A DNA stretch of 32,000 bases from Wallemia ichthyophaga EXF-994 (GCF_000400465.1 NW_008806281.1:30001-62000), one strand, 5' to 3'. Positions 1 through 12,900 are shown, counted from the first letter of the stretch. The notes: generated by a model not told the origin, from the letters alone. Translations and numbers: made by a program.

Positions 1-51
1 TAAAATTTTAAGCTCCTAAACATCGCCTGAATGCTAGACATTAACAAGCAG

Positions 52-265
52 GCTGACAGATTGGCTGGTAAACTACGTCTATGGCATTCTATGCGATTTT
101 GGCGTCATACTTGACAGGGTATGTGTGGCGTGAGAAAACCCTGGAAAAAGCACTCAATGACCTTCAAACTTTAAAGCTTACCGTGGCGTAAGTCAAATGT
201 TTCCATTAAGTGTGATGAAGGGATATAGTGATATGGGAGATAAGCATGAAATATATTAATGGATG
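52..265 (+). CDS. Possible 3' end of a small-exon gene that starts left of the window
   Basis: Acceptor-like TTAAC..CAG at 51. Open exon 52-118 (LTDWLVNYVYGILCDFGVILDR), donor GTATGT at 119, 58-nt intron to AAG 176, micro-exon 177-187, donor GTAAGT at 188, possible AAG acceptor at 244, then AMKYING*. Intron sizes fit the genome, but I recognise no homology. Confidence 0.25.
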
Positions 266-515
266 AGATTCCTACCAGCGCAGCTTATTGACTGCTCTCT
301 TCATTATAAGTGAAATGCAATCAGACTTAAAGGTTTATAAAGGCTAAAGAAGGGCGCTAGCGACAGTGTACATGTGAATATTATAGACTATTAATGTTTG
401 TAGATTAAAAAAATTACAAGCTTTCAGTCGACCGTTCTGGCTTTGTGTGACATTTGAAGAAGGGTACAAGCCTGAGTCGATATGATATCAGTATCCTTGA
501 GAGTGCCTGAGCTGT

Positions 516-539
516 ATTCGAGATTCGAGATTCGAGATT
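516..539. repeat. Heptamer tandem repeat (ATTCGAG)x3.4
   Basis: ATTCGAG ATTCGAG ATTCGAG ATT read directly, upstream of the gene at 711. Confidence 0.8.
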
Positions 540-710
540 TGGCACTGCCTTCTTCAAAGAACTGCATCTTCATTCCTCAAGCACCTACAGTGCAGCTTAA
601 GAGAACTTCAGAGCATTCCAAAGATCTGTCAGCCGATCCTCAGAAACAGCTCTGGAATAAGCACCGTCATGTTAACTAGGAATAGAAGTAACCACAACCC
701 CTCAACTACA

Positions 711-2563
711 ATGGCTTCCAACGCGTGCTTATGTGGTGCTATCCCCAACAAGACACGCGACCCTGAATCAATCTACTGCTCGACAACATGCGCGCGAGCC
801 GACTCACTCGCTGCGTTGACCGCGCCAGAAGAGCTCACGTACACACGAGCCAGCCACTACCGCCGTGTATCATCCAAACAGGAGTTGCACGTGCAAGCCA
901 GCAGCAAAAGCAGTAAGGACGGCAAAGGCAGCAAAGAAATCGATGTCAACAAAGATGTCGACAGTCAGTCGTCCTCTTCGAAGAAATCTGCTACACGCAA
1001 GTCACACTGGAAGAAAGCGAGACAGATGCTCTTCGGCAGTCCTGGTACACCTGAAGAGAGCGGCGTGGAAGAGAAGAAGCTGAAAGGCAGGATACTGAGA
1101 CGCAAGTCCAAGTCGTACTCCATCCTCAATCCGTCAAGACAAGCGAGATCACCGCCTAGTGAGTGCTTGGAGTATCGCGAACGACACCTTCTGACACCCA
1201 CATAGAACAACCGCAACTCGGCCAGCCTAAACTCAAGCTAAAACCCGTAACGAGGCAGCGGACGTGCTCCAGCGAAGAAGAACTGAAACCTCCCCCTCTT
1301 CCGCCAAAGCAGGCCAAACTACCCCTAGGCGCACGCCACAAGCGCGTACCGGCAATCATAAAGATACCAGGTCGTGACGTAGACTATACACACTCTAGGA
1401 ACGCGTCTACAGCTTCGGAAGCACAGACAACAGCATCGTCTGCTAACACAACGACTACTTTCCAGACTGACACCACTGCCACAACAGCTCCGTCGAGCAT
1501 CGTGTTGGACACGCCATTAATTTCGCCCAAGAAGTTCGGTGCCCACAGTACGCATGGTTCACATGGCTCAAGTGCTTCGCACGTCTCATGCGGATCGCAT
1601 AAGAGACAGTCGATCGCTTCACGTATCAGCCACCCCCGGCACTCTCCGGAATCAACACCGATCGCAAACAAAGTGGAAACGACGCCGGTGATTTCGCCAA
1701 AGATATTCGGTCCACAACAGAGAGAATCGTTTGGTTCGCGTATAACCAACTCACCGGAATCTACAGCGACACCTACAGGATTAGCACTAGGGACAGTCGA
1801 TAACACAGGCACACCAACGCCCGCGCCTGTGATCAGTTTCAATGACATGGATGATAGCTTAGTGCGGTCGCCATCGTCGAACACAGTGGCTTTGAATAGA
1901 GCTCGCTCAAAAGCATTGAGGGACAGAGCTAAGCGGTTGTCACTTGCTAAGTCTTCCAACAACCTCCAGGTTGCCTCAAACCAGAGTCTCACGAAGACAC
2001 TGCAACAGTCTCAAAGCTGCTCGACGTTCAGATCTGCAACGACAAGCACATCTAAGCAGACTTTCGAGAGTGCGTTCGATGGCACCAACCCAGCTGATTA
2101 CAGTCCAAGTCCAACATGGGAATACGACGATATATACAACAGCAACAGCCATATTTCGCTCGATAATGGGAATGGGAATGAAGACAGGGTCAATGGTAAT
2201 GCTGCTGGTATCATGCCACTACAATCAATCAGGGAATACTCACCAATCAAGGAGTCGCATGAGCCATTAGCAAATAAGGAGTCACCACCAAAGGAGGCAT
2301 CTCCACCACTCGTCGATTACGATCTGGATTGGTACATTCAACACTCTCAGTCGTACAAATCCATCAAGATAGCACCACCACCTGCACCACCAGTCGCACA
2401 ATCAATCGCACCAAAATCAGCGCCTCCCAGCCCGTCTGACCCGAATGCAACATTCTCAAAGATGAGCAACACCAACCACGCTGAACAGAACGAACTTGAG
2501 GATCTAGATGATAGCATGAAGCAGGCATTGCTGATGGCGGATGATATACTCGCATTTTCCTAA
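711..2563 (+). CDS. Hypothetical protein (~600 aa): N-terminal Cys motif plus long Ser/Thr/Pro-rich disordered region
   Basis: join(711..1158,1206..2563). The 47-nt intron GTGAGT...CTGAC...TAG (1159-1205) joins ORFs 669-1205 and 1163-2563 in frame. ATG 711 is in ACAATGG context; ATG 669 is an alternative. N-terminus CLC-x11-YCSTTCARADSLAAL. Confidence 0.8.
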
Positions 2564-2849
2564 ACATTCTTATGACTCTGATGATATTTATTAACTGTCT
2601 CTTGCACGAAAAACACTACGCTCACTACGTTTTCTTATTTGTACGTTCGCATACTCGCACAATCGTTATTGTCATGTTTTTGTTATATTTGAAGATGAAT
2701 GAAATAATGCAATACAAAACAAATCGTTAGGGTGCGCAATCCAAGCGCTGTCTTTGGTGCTATGTGCTACGTGCTATGAGCGACGAGCTATTGGCTATCG
2801 TGCTTTTCTATGCTGATATAATTATGAGAGTGTGTAAAAAAAGAGAATC

Positions 2850-3714
2850 CTAGTAAATGACACCGCGGTCACCACCTGCAATCCTTTGCAGACGGGAAGT
2901 GATTGAGAAGTCACCGTAAAAGGACATGCTGTCTTCGAGCTTATTCCTGACGTCTTTCTCGTCGACTCTGCTACCCCAGATGGACTCGCTGTAGATATCC
3001 TCGGCGTCAAAACGCTTCAATCTGGGACAAGCTGTGGCTATACCAGCGAGCATTGTTGCAGGCGCCTTAATAGCCTGGCCGAGCGAGATAGTCTCCAGGG
3101 TTGGCGACAAGACAGCAGGGAGGTATCTATCTGGATGTGTGCACTGAGGGAACTGGACGTGTGACATGCTCAAGTGCAGCAGTCTGCTCCATCTTGGCAG
3201 TTGGTTTAGGACGATTGTGAGACATGGCGTCACCACACTGAGACTGATATGATGCGGTGGGTCAGGTGATGTCCATTCGAAGCTTATCGGGCTGCGTGCG
3301 AGTGTGAGAAGAGGTGAAGTGTAATGGCATTCCCACTCACTCGATAGCAGCGAGACCTTCAATCAAACCACGCCTGTCTTCGTTCCAGAGACCCATAGCG
3401 CGTAATTTGAGGTGCTGCACGTTGCGGCACTTAGTTAAGGCATTGCCAACAGAATCCCACACAGAACCAGCAGCTGAGGGGAGGTTGATGTGTAGTGCCC
3501 TGACTTTGCTGAGAAGCTCGAGTGGAACGTTGTTGGAAAACAGCTCAAGTTGGTTGAGTGAGTTGATGGCGCATGGATGCTGCTGGTATACGTGACGATA
3601 GAGAATTTGAGTTGTGCGCGGGTGTATCAGCAGCAGATCCAACGCGCTCGAGCGGGAGTCTTGCAGTGCGTCTGTGAGAATAGGTTCGAGGAGTTCTGTG
3701 GGCAATTTAATCAT
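2850..3714 (-). CDS. F-box-like / RNI-LRR-like hypothetical protein (271 aa)
   Basis: complement(join(2850..3291,3341..3714)). A 49-nt intron GTGAGT...CAG restores frame (AAID|PISFEW). N-terminal LPTELLEPIL resembles an F-box start, followed by L-x-x-L repeats (LSKVRALHI, CRNVQHLKL, LETISL, CPRLKRF). Domain call is by pattern only. Confidence 0.65.
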
Positions 3715-4285
3715 CGTCGTGATGGTAGTCGTTATTAAATGGAATTCCTAAAATAATTATTCGGAGTGGAATATTCGGACGAAGTGCGGGGTCAGGTCGC
3801 AGTCTCAGTTTCAGATTAGATTATTCATCATCAGGTACAGAGTTACAGGCTTTTTTGTGCGCGCATCTTAACTTTAATTGATTACCATTGTATATCGATC
3901 ACAGCCCATCTCCTGTAGGTTTTCATACACTCCCAAATCCAGCCTTTCAGACTCATTTCCTCTTTGAGTTTGTTTCACCTGAGACACAACCTCGGTACTC
4001 CTCGGGGAGGATTTAGCCAATATTTTTCAGCAACCGAAAATTTACCTGTGAATTATTCTTCGAAACACACACGTCTGTCATAGTGTATCGCAGTACACCG
4101 CATCACGTGCTACTCGAACAACTGCGGAAATGTCACCATGTCACCGCCCCACCGATGTCAACCATTTTTGGTAATTATTGTCTACATTGCGGTGAGGAGG
4201 CTGTGAGCAATATGGCAGTGCAGGGCATCTTTCTCTATCTTGTATCCCTCTGCTGCGAACTTCCTCCTGCTTCCGCACCATCATC

Positions 4286-5620
4286 ATGGCCAGCGACATT
4301 GAATTCGATGTTGAGTCGCTAAAGACCAGCCAAATTCCCACGAACCTGCTCGCGATGATGGCAGAGAATGCTCCGTCAGTCGTCGCAGCCAGAAATCCAA
4401 ACGTTTACGCAGGGAAAGGGAAACAAGCACGTAAATGGAAATGGGAATCATTCACGAATCCAGCGAGATCAGATGGACTACAGCTCCGTCACTGGAAGCG
4501 GCTAGATGAATTCGATGAGCCATACCCGTACGCTCGATTCAACACCACGTCCGAGCCATACAGCTACAGCGAGGATGAGTACGACAGAATGCTCCAAGAC
4601 GTAACTTGGTCGAGGGACGAGACGGACTACCTCGTCAAGCTCATACACGAATTCGACGTGAGATGGCCAGTTATCTGGGACCGCTATGAGTGGAGATCCG
4701 GTAGAACTCTCGAGGATCTCAAAGCGAGGTATTTCGACATCTGCCGCAAACTGATCCAGTCGAGAATTTCGAGCGACGAAAGCAGCACAAACCAGCTTCT
4801 CCAAGCTTATCAATTCGACAAAGGTGTGATTTGGTGTATATGTAGTCAGCTAAACCCCCACTAACACACCAAACCAGAGCGCGAAATGATGCGCAAACAA
4901 TACGTCAACTCGCTCTTCGCACGCACACCACAGCAGATCACCGAAGAGGAGGAGCTCTATATAGAAGCGAAGCGGATAGAGCAAGATGAGCGCAAGTGGC
5001 GATGCGAGCGCGACGAGCTAGTGCGCACGGTGTCTATGTCCCGCAACGAGAAGCGCAAGGCTAGTGGAGGAGCTGATATAGCCACATCCACACTCGCTCC
5101 TATGTCGACATCCAACGAAGAGCAACCACACAAACGCACAGCTAAGAGCGCTGCGTATGACGCTCAGCACTATATCACTCGCCCTTCGTCCCACCTCCCG
5201 CTCAAATCCAGCTCTAACATACCGCCCTTCAGTAGAGCTACCAAACTTGCACAGAAGATAACACCGCAGCGCATCAGAGAATGCCTTCAGAGTATGGGGT
5301 TGAGTGATAAGCTGCAGTACCCGACAGCTGCCAATGTCGCTAAATATGAAGGCGTCAAAGAGGCAACGGCGCAGTTGCAAGAAATACGCAGAGCGCATGA
5401 GAGAGTTGCAAATGAATTGCGCCTCGCTAAGGGCATCAGCGTGTCTGCAGACGAACGGGCAACTGCTTCAACACCCGTGGCCAGAGCGGCGTCAGAACAC
5501 CCTACTCCCACCTCCACGCCAAAACCCACAACACCCGCACCGGAGAACAGCATGGGTCTGAGCACAGACTCAAGTGATCCAAACGAGTCCAACGATCTCA
5601 ACAAAAGACGCAAATTGTAA
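4286..5620 (+). CDS. SWC4: SWR1/NuA4 complex subunit Swc4 (Eaf2/DMAP1), SANT domain, 426 aa
   Basis: join(4286..4823,4878..5620); 54-nt intron. Motifs WKWESFTNPARSDGLQLRHW, YARFN, WSRDETDYLVKL..FDVRWPVIWDRY, RTLEDLKARYF, FDKEREMMRKQY. Confidence 0.93.
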
Positions 5621-5649
5621 TTGTAATTTATTGTACTCCATATGCATGA

Positions 5650-5884
5650 CTATCTAGATCTGACGATTCTGATAAGGGCGGCTTCCCACTGATAGTGAAT
5701 TGAATAGGCAGTGACGCAACGCACACAAACGCAACAGATTCGGAGAAGATGGGATACTTTCTAGCAACAAAAGAAAGTTTAACAGCCATAGATATCACCT
5801 ATCAATGCTTAAAGATACTTTCGGTGAGAAATTGTCTCTCTTATCTCAGGCACACAACAGCGTTATCAAGATAGTGAGTGATAG
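5650..5884. promoter_or_regulatory. Cluster of HGATAR (GATA-factor) sites upstream of the NCS1 permease
   Basis: About 8 HGATAR matches on both strands near 5650, 5670 (GATAAG), 5690, 5799, 5840 (CTTATC), 5863, 5869 and 5879. Confidence 0.5.
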
Positions 5885-5937
5885 AAGAGCCAACTTGAAT
5901 TGGTTTGATTGCCTTAACTAAACACAACGACCACATA

Positions 5938-7700
5938 ATGCAAACGCTTTCATCGTGGCTCAGAGTTGAGCAGTCAATCACAAAGTCAAAAAGAGAGCGA
6001 TGGCTTAGCAACGCGGATCTAGAGCCTGTGAAGTTAGAAAACAGGACGTGGACAAGTATGTCTTTTGTCAACTTCTGGGTCTCAGACAGCATCAACATAA
6101 ATACTCTGATGTTGTGTCAAGCAAACGTTGCGCTTGGACAGACTTGGTGGCAGAGTCTAATTGCAGTTTTCATCGGATATGCCATTACGGCAGTTTTCGT
6201 CATTGCTAGCTCCCGGCCTGGTGCTACTTTTCACTTAACTTTTCCTGTCCTCATTAGACAGTCTTGGGGTATCTTTGGAAGCGTATGGCCCATAATTAAC
6301 AGGGTCGTAATCGCCATTTTGTGGTTCGCAGTCCAGACATACATCGGCGGTAATTGCATACGCGTGATGCTCAGATGCTGGGATCCAAATTGGACGACCT
6401 CTGCGGGGCTCCAAAAGCAGCTAGACACAAATCTCAAGGGTTTTGATATGGTCTGCTTTATCATCTTCTGGTCGCTAATGCTCATACCGACTTACTTCCC
6501 GATTCAAAAAATCAAGCACTTTTTCACGTTCAAGGCTATTGTCGCGCCGCTTGGACTGATTATTTTCTTCGGATGGTCTCTCGGTAGAGCCACTGCAACT
6601 CCATCCCAGGAAGCCACACTTAAAAGTGTCCTCACCAGCCCATCGACGCTCACCTCCTCTGAACAAGGCTGGGAAATGGTCAAAGCGATAGTCAGAGCCA
6701 TCTCCAATGCCGTCACTCTCATCCTCAATATTTCAGACTTGGCTAGTCGAGCTCACGACAAAAAGAATGTAGTCTTTCCGCAGCTCCTCACAGTCCCCCT
6801 CGGATTTTTCATTACGAGTTTCTTCGGAGTAATCATAGCTTCGTGCTATCAAGCCGAGACGGGGATCAAAGAGTGGGATCCTATGGTAATTCTTGACAAC
6901 TTCATCAATCCAGACAGCGCTGCTGTGCGATTCGCGGTGTGGTTTATAGCTTTCTGTCTATGTGTTGCGCAGATGGGCACCAACCAAGCGGCTAATGTTA
7001 TAGCATGCGGATGCGACCTTACCGCATGTCTGCCTTCATACATTAACAACAGAAAAGGCGGCTATATCTGCGTGTTCCTCGGTCTATGTCTCGTGCCTTG
7101 GAGGCTTACAGACGGCGCAACGAGCTTCACCAACTACTTGTCAGGATACTGCGTTTTCCTCTCTGCCATTGCTGGGACTATGCTTTCCGATTACTTTGTC
7201 GTCAGACGCGGACGTGCCAACGTTGCAGACCTGTACAGGGTGGGTTTGACATGTGCTGTCCGGATAATGCTGACTGGAAACAGGCTGAGGGATGGTACAG
7301 CTACACATACGGTGTTAACCTTCGCGCTGTAGCAGCTTACCTCTGCGGTGTCTCGATAAATTTACCAGGCTTTATTGCGTCCACTCCAGGTAACGAAGAA
7401 ATTGTAGGTCGAAGCGCAACACGCATCTATAACCTGTCCTTCTTCACTGGATTTCTAGTCAGCTCGGTGATATACATAGCCATCAGCTACATCTTCCCAC
7501 CTACAGGAGCAGTACCGTTCAATGCACCATTTGAAGAGATTGACTTCAGTGGGTATACGCACGACACTGATTCTATATACGACTTGGAAGTAAATGGTCT
7601 AGGTGGTATGGCGGATGGTGGTATTGCTATTACTACAACCAAGACAGATTCTTCGTCCATCCGTTCCACTCGATCAACCAGGTCAATCGAAAAAGCATAA
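5938..7700 (+). CDS. NCS1 family nucleobase/allantoin permease (Fur4/Dal4-type), 572 aa
   Basis: join(5938..7239,7284..7700); 44-nt phase-0 intron. Motifs WLSNADLEPV..RTW, NFWVSDSININT, WFAVQTY, GTNxAAN, PWRL, DYFVVRRG, DLY..GWYSYTYGVNLRA; many hydrophobic segments. Substrate not assignable. Confidence 0.93.
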
Positions 7701-7802
7701 TGGAGCATTATCTTGTCAAATCATCGGACTTTCTCTTCTCAAAGGGTATTATTGTAATCCTACTCTTATATACTTGTAAAACACATTCATCAGTGTAAAT
7801 TT

Positions 7803-9818
7803 CTAAACCAGAGGTCCAACTTGCACGGAATGCCTGCGTTTCTTTTCTGAAATCTTGACCTCTTTCAAAGCCTGCTTCTGTTGTTTTTCAGCACGCTTCT
7901 TGTACCCATTCATCAACTTCGTTATCATATCCGCTGCTTCACCCTTCAGCAAGTCTGTATTGAAACCGCCTTTCAAGCGCTTCGTGAGAGCATCCAGCTG
8001 CGACTTAGTTGCCGGTGCCCTTCTCCACGGTGCGTCTCGACGTATAAGCGCTGCTTTCCCGCGCATCAGCTTCTCAGTCGCTAGCTTATCGCTCGCTCTA
8101 ATAGCCAGCTTGAAGTCGACGTCGTGCACCAGTGTGATTGGTCTTCTGAACGGCGCCAAACCTACTCTTTTGGCATCTTGGAGTGGTACATTTGTTGGCT
8201 TGTGCGACGCCGTGTACTTTCCCTCGCCTGTGTGCTCGATGCGCAAATCTCCCGCCTGCTGACAACTGAGGACATAAAAACCACCCCGGCAATCCACCCA
8301 GGCGTTTTGGGACTGATTGTACACATTATCCGAGTGCTTGTTTTTGAGCGACTCAAAAAGCGCACGCGGATCGTCGAAGTCGGTGAAAGTGATATAGTCC
8401 GCATGTGGTACTATGTTCTGCTCGTTCTCCTCCTTGAAGAGAGGATGTTCGGAGAGATCGTCTGCATTTCATGAGCTATGTTTGTGCACTAAATATCTCT
8501 ACTCACTTTTCACATCACCTTCGACTGCCTTAGAATCGACACGGTCAAACTCAGTCATATCCAGACCTTCAAGTGAAGGCGCAGCGCTTATATCACCGAC
8601 TTTGTCCAAAGATGCGGCCACATCGAGTATTTTACACTCTGTTTTACCTTGCGCGACTCTCATACCCCTACCTATCATCTGACTAAACAAATTTCTTGAG
8701 CGTGTCGGTCTACACAACAAAATGCAGTCAATGTTGGGTATATCTGCACCCTCAGTGAGAACAGCGCAATTGAGGAGAACTGGATATCTGTATTCTTTGA
8801 AGTCCCTCAAGATTTTCACCCGTTCTTTGGGAGGTGTACCGGAGTGTATGAAGCGAGCGTCTATTCCAGCGTCGCGAAAATCAGCAGTAAGGTTGTGGAC
8901 GTGTTTGAGATCAGCACAAAAAATCAACGTCGATCGACGGTCAGAGCACTTGTCGAGGTATGCAGCGAGCACTACTCTCCTCACAGAGGGAGTATTGAGT
9001 ATCGGTGATAGTGAAGTGACAGTGTAATCGTTTGTTCGCTCCGATATTTTGACTTGAGAGAGATCAATGTCTGTTTTGACGGTAGTGAAGGTGACATTCG
9101 ACAGCCAGCGCTCTTTAATCATATCTAGGAAGTCCTTGTGTATTTTTCAGCGTTATATACTCCAAAAGAAAAAAAAGACACTGACCTTATGAAACACAAT
9201 CTCTTCAAATACCTTGCCAAGTGCAAGACTGTCATGTCTAGAGAATGTAGCGGAAAATCCAACAATTGGAACCTTAGATCCAGTAACCGAATCCTGCTCA
9301 CCGTGTATACTTGGATCGAAATGTGCGAGTATATCAACATACGAGCGTGCAGCTGCGTGGTGAGCCTCGTCAACGAGTAGCAACTTGAAATCCGCTGGGT
9401 CATACTTGGACATTCTCCCTGGTCTGATGAGCGTCTGGAATGTAGCAATGGTGACGTCAGCATCGCCCGTCGCAACGCTGGCACTTTGGTCCATTTCGAC
9501 GCTTGCAGAAGGCCAGCCTGAAACGAACGCGTCGTAGGCCTGACTGGCCAATTCGATGCCGTTGACGATGACGAGCACCTTGCCGGGCTTACTCTCACTC
9601 AGTCTTCTCGCCAGCTCGACAAACATTCTAGTCTTGCCTGATCCAGTGGGAGAGGATACGCCTAGCCTGCTTTTGGGATGCTTTGGCCTGTTTAGCGCGT
9701 CCATTACAGATGCAATGGCTGCTTCTTGATACGGGCGCAGTGTGAATTTCTCAGGAATTACGCTAGCGCTGAGTGAGCGTGTGTGTATTTTACAGGGCAA
9801 AGACAATTTCAATGCCAT
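7803..9818 (-). CDS. IRC3: Irc3-like mitochondrial SF2 DEAH-box DNA helicase (~640 aa)
   Basis: complement(join(7803..8461,8507..9134,9186..9818)); introns of 45 and 51 nt. Walker A SPTGSGKT, DEAH, SAT, LNCAVLTEGADIPNID, QMIGRGMR; basic N-terminal presequence-like segment. Start may be ATG 9842. Confidence 0.88.
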
Positions 9819-9948
9819 TCTAAGTGCTTGCGGGTATCGCATCTCAAATGGTATGTTGGGTGTGTTGAAATAAGCAGTCTCAAGCATTAGAAAGCACTTC
9901 AAAGCATATAAAGAAGATTCTATCTATTTGACATTCAAGTACACTGCT

Positions 9949-12900
9949 TTACTCGCTTGCACTGCCGTCGCTATCCTCAACATCCTCAACATCCAGCGTT
10001 CTCCTCTCAACATCAAAACCCTCCTTTCTCAAGCTCTCCTCCATTCCTTCCACCTTGGATGGCCCAGAAACGATCACAGCGCTGCTAGTGTCGGCGTTGA
10101 ACAGAGGAGCGATGTACCTTCTCAGCACATCCATCACGTCCTCCTTCTTTACTTCCCTGAATTTAGCCAGAAGCTGCTTATTATAATCCTGCGGTACCTG
10201 CTTGAAGATCTGGTTCACGAAGCTGGACAGAGCAGCAGAGCCGATAGTTGCTTCACGCGAAGTCATCGAGAAGCACAGTGAACTTATCGACGACTCAAGC
10301 GTTGTGTCCTCGAGTGTGATACTGCCGTCAACTAACCCCTTAACTACTTTTCCACCCTCTTCATACGCCCTGAACGCATTTGGTGCTTTGTACACAGTGA
10401 ACATCATCAATCCAGATTCTGGGTTTTGCGTTATGGATGCACCATACGCCAACCCTGTTCCTCTAATATAGCGCCAGAGGTATGACTCGAGTGCATTGAG
10501 CGTACCCAATGTGACCATTAATGCTGGAATGTCTGGATGATCATATCCTTCAACACCTTTGGCGGTGTGCACAGAGAATGACGATTCAATCGATGGTAGT
10601 GGGACAACGACTGCCTTCTTTGATGGGTTTTGACCAAGTGGCAACTTAAAGTCCTTCACCCAAGGCACGGATGCGAGTGGCTTGTTGTTCTCCTCTGGGA
10701 AGTACTTGGCCCATGGCTCCTGTGGACGCTCAAGACCCATTACATTTCCAGCAACACTGACGCGTATTCCGTTTGGCTGAACAACACACCTTCTAAATTC
10801 TTCAAGATCGCTAATGACACCCTTTGGATCATCTTCAAGTCTCTTTATGACAGTTGGGTTGAACTCTGACTGCTCGAGAACAGCATTGGCTTGTTGAAGA
10901 CTGTCAAACATGAGTGACGTCGACATTGCCCACACGACAGTATCACCTTCTCTCTTCTGCTCTGGCAGGCCTTGTTGGATCTTAGCAGCAGTTACCTTCA
11001 GTCTCTCGACATCGAATACGCTACCTGTAAGCAAGTCGCTCAACCACTCAATGGAAGCTTCGTAATATTGCTTTTCAACCTTGACAGACACTTGTAATAG
11101 CTCTGCAAATGTCCCTCTCGAACCAAAGTTAATGTCGTGTTCAAGAGTTGTCTCGTCAAGTGAGCGAACAACAGCCTCGTGCGAGAGCATTGTACCGTCG
11201 CGACGCTTGACTGGTAATGAGAAGAAGGTAGAGAGGAATAGCGACGCGTATGGTCTCAGATGCTTTGGAAGTTCGTTGGTTGAGAGGTAAATGCGAATTG
11301 ATGTAAATGATGATTTTCCATGGTCGTATTGGACAAAAATTGGTGGCTTGCTTGGATCAGACTCAATATGCTTACGGAGCTCATTGTTAGTAGGTGAGGT
11401 GATTGATGCCTTTTTGTACTCTTGACGAGCACTCTCTATTGGGATCCAGGAGATTGAGTCTGTCGATGGTACTTCGAATGACTTGATCATGTCTATAGCA
11501 TCTGTTAGCTAAATAATTGGAATTTAAAACCTCTTCACAAACCATCTGGAATTTCTTTATTGTTTTCCACTTGAGCATCATCAAATACCTTCTTGGCCTT
11601 CTTGATACCCTCTTCACCCAAAGACCTGCGCTGTTCATCCAAACGCTTCTGCTCATTCTCTTCAAGTGTCTTTGCGAGCGTGGCTGATGGCTTTCCTTTG
11701 ACATTGATGAATGGTGCATCGATAAAGCTCCTGCGAGTATGTTAAATTAAAAACTTCCTCGTTAGCACTTCAATACCCACTTCTTTAAAAGCTGTGCCCA
11801 ATCGTCAGACGTCCATTGACTTAAAATGTCACATCTCTTCATCTCAGCCAGCGAGTCTTGAAGATCCTTGCCTTCAGCGTCACCGTAGAGATGATCGGCG
11901 ATGAACATATAGGCGAATGCACTTGCAGCTTGTCTCTCAGCCATGTCAAGCAATTTGACGCGGTCTCTCTTGAGAACGAGAGCCATCCTGTCCATATCGA
12001 AACCTTCCTTTACAATGTTGTTAAGAATTTCCATAAGCTTGCCTTCAACGTTGTCAATTTCAGTAGTCGGTACAGAGGCCAAGTTGAAATGTATAGTGTC
12101 GTTGCAAACACGCTCGCGGTTGTATATGTTGATATCTGTGCAGTAAGGGGAAGCAATCTCAACAAGGTGCTTTTGCAATGGTGAAATAGCAGAGTCAGTT
12201 AAATAAGTGCCGAGAATATCGAGTGCCTTAGTGTGCAAGAAGTCGTTAGTCTTCCCACCGACCCACGACAACTCAACTTCACCAACACTTTCATCCTGCT
12301 CTGGGAATTCAGCGACTGCTCTTTCAGTCTTTTGCAACTTGAGGGGTTCTGCTGAAGGAGTTTCGACGAATGGTCTCTTCCAGCCACGTGGCTTGACACC
12401 AATCTCAATACCTCTCTCCTTAGCATCAGAGATGATACGTGGTTCAATTACATTTTGCATAACATCCAAAAGCTTATCGGTTGGAATATCCCCGGTAACC
12501 ACGAGTGAGAGATTATGAGGAGCGTAGTATTTTTTGTGGAAATCGCGCACTTTGTCTGCAGTAAGCACACGAAGAGCCTCCATTCTACCGCCAGTTTCAG
12601 AGCGATAAGCGCTGTTCTTTGGGTAGATGAGACCACGCTGCTTGTCCTCCATCAAATCGAATGGGGAGGTTGATCTACCCTGCATTTCAGAATAGACGAC
12701 GCCAGCATCGTCACCAGACTCGTTTATGTGGTGAATTTCGGTCGTGTAGCCGGCATCAGTGATAGTTGGTCTGAGCAAGTGGTCCATGTAGACGGGGAGC
12801 ATCCTCAAGAAGCCCTCGTATCCAGCGGTTTGGAGAGTGTAAACGGTTTGATCCGTATCAGTCCATGCATTTGTACCTGCTGCAAATGCTCTATTGGCGA

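Noticed and set aside
482-679. 65-aa ORF upstream of gene 1
   Set aside because: No recognisable motif; it overlaps the heptamer repeat and the likely promoter/5' region of the next gene.
4039-4172. U1 snRNA-like arrangement (TTTACCTG about 120 nt before an Sm-like ATTTTTGG)
   Set aside because: The 5' end is not ACTTACC, and the U1-70K loop and U1A ATTGCAC loop are not found in position.
5600-5620. Swc4 C-terminus KRRKL as a PTS1 signal
   Set aside because: RKL is non-canonical for PTS1; the basic cluster is better explained as a nuclear localisation signal.
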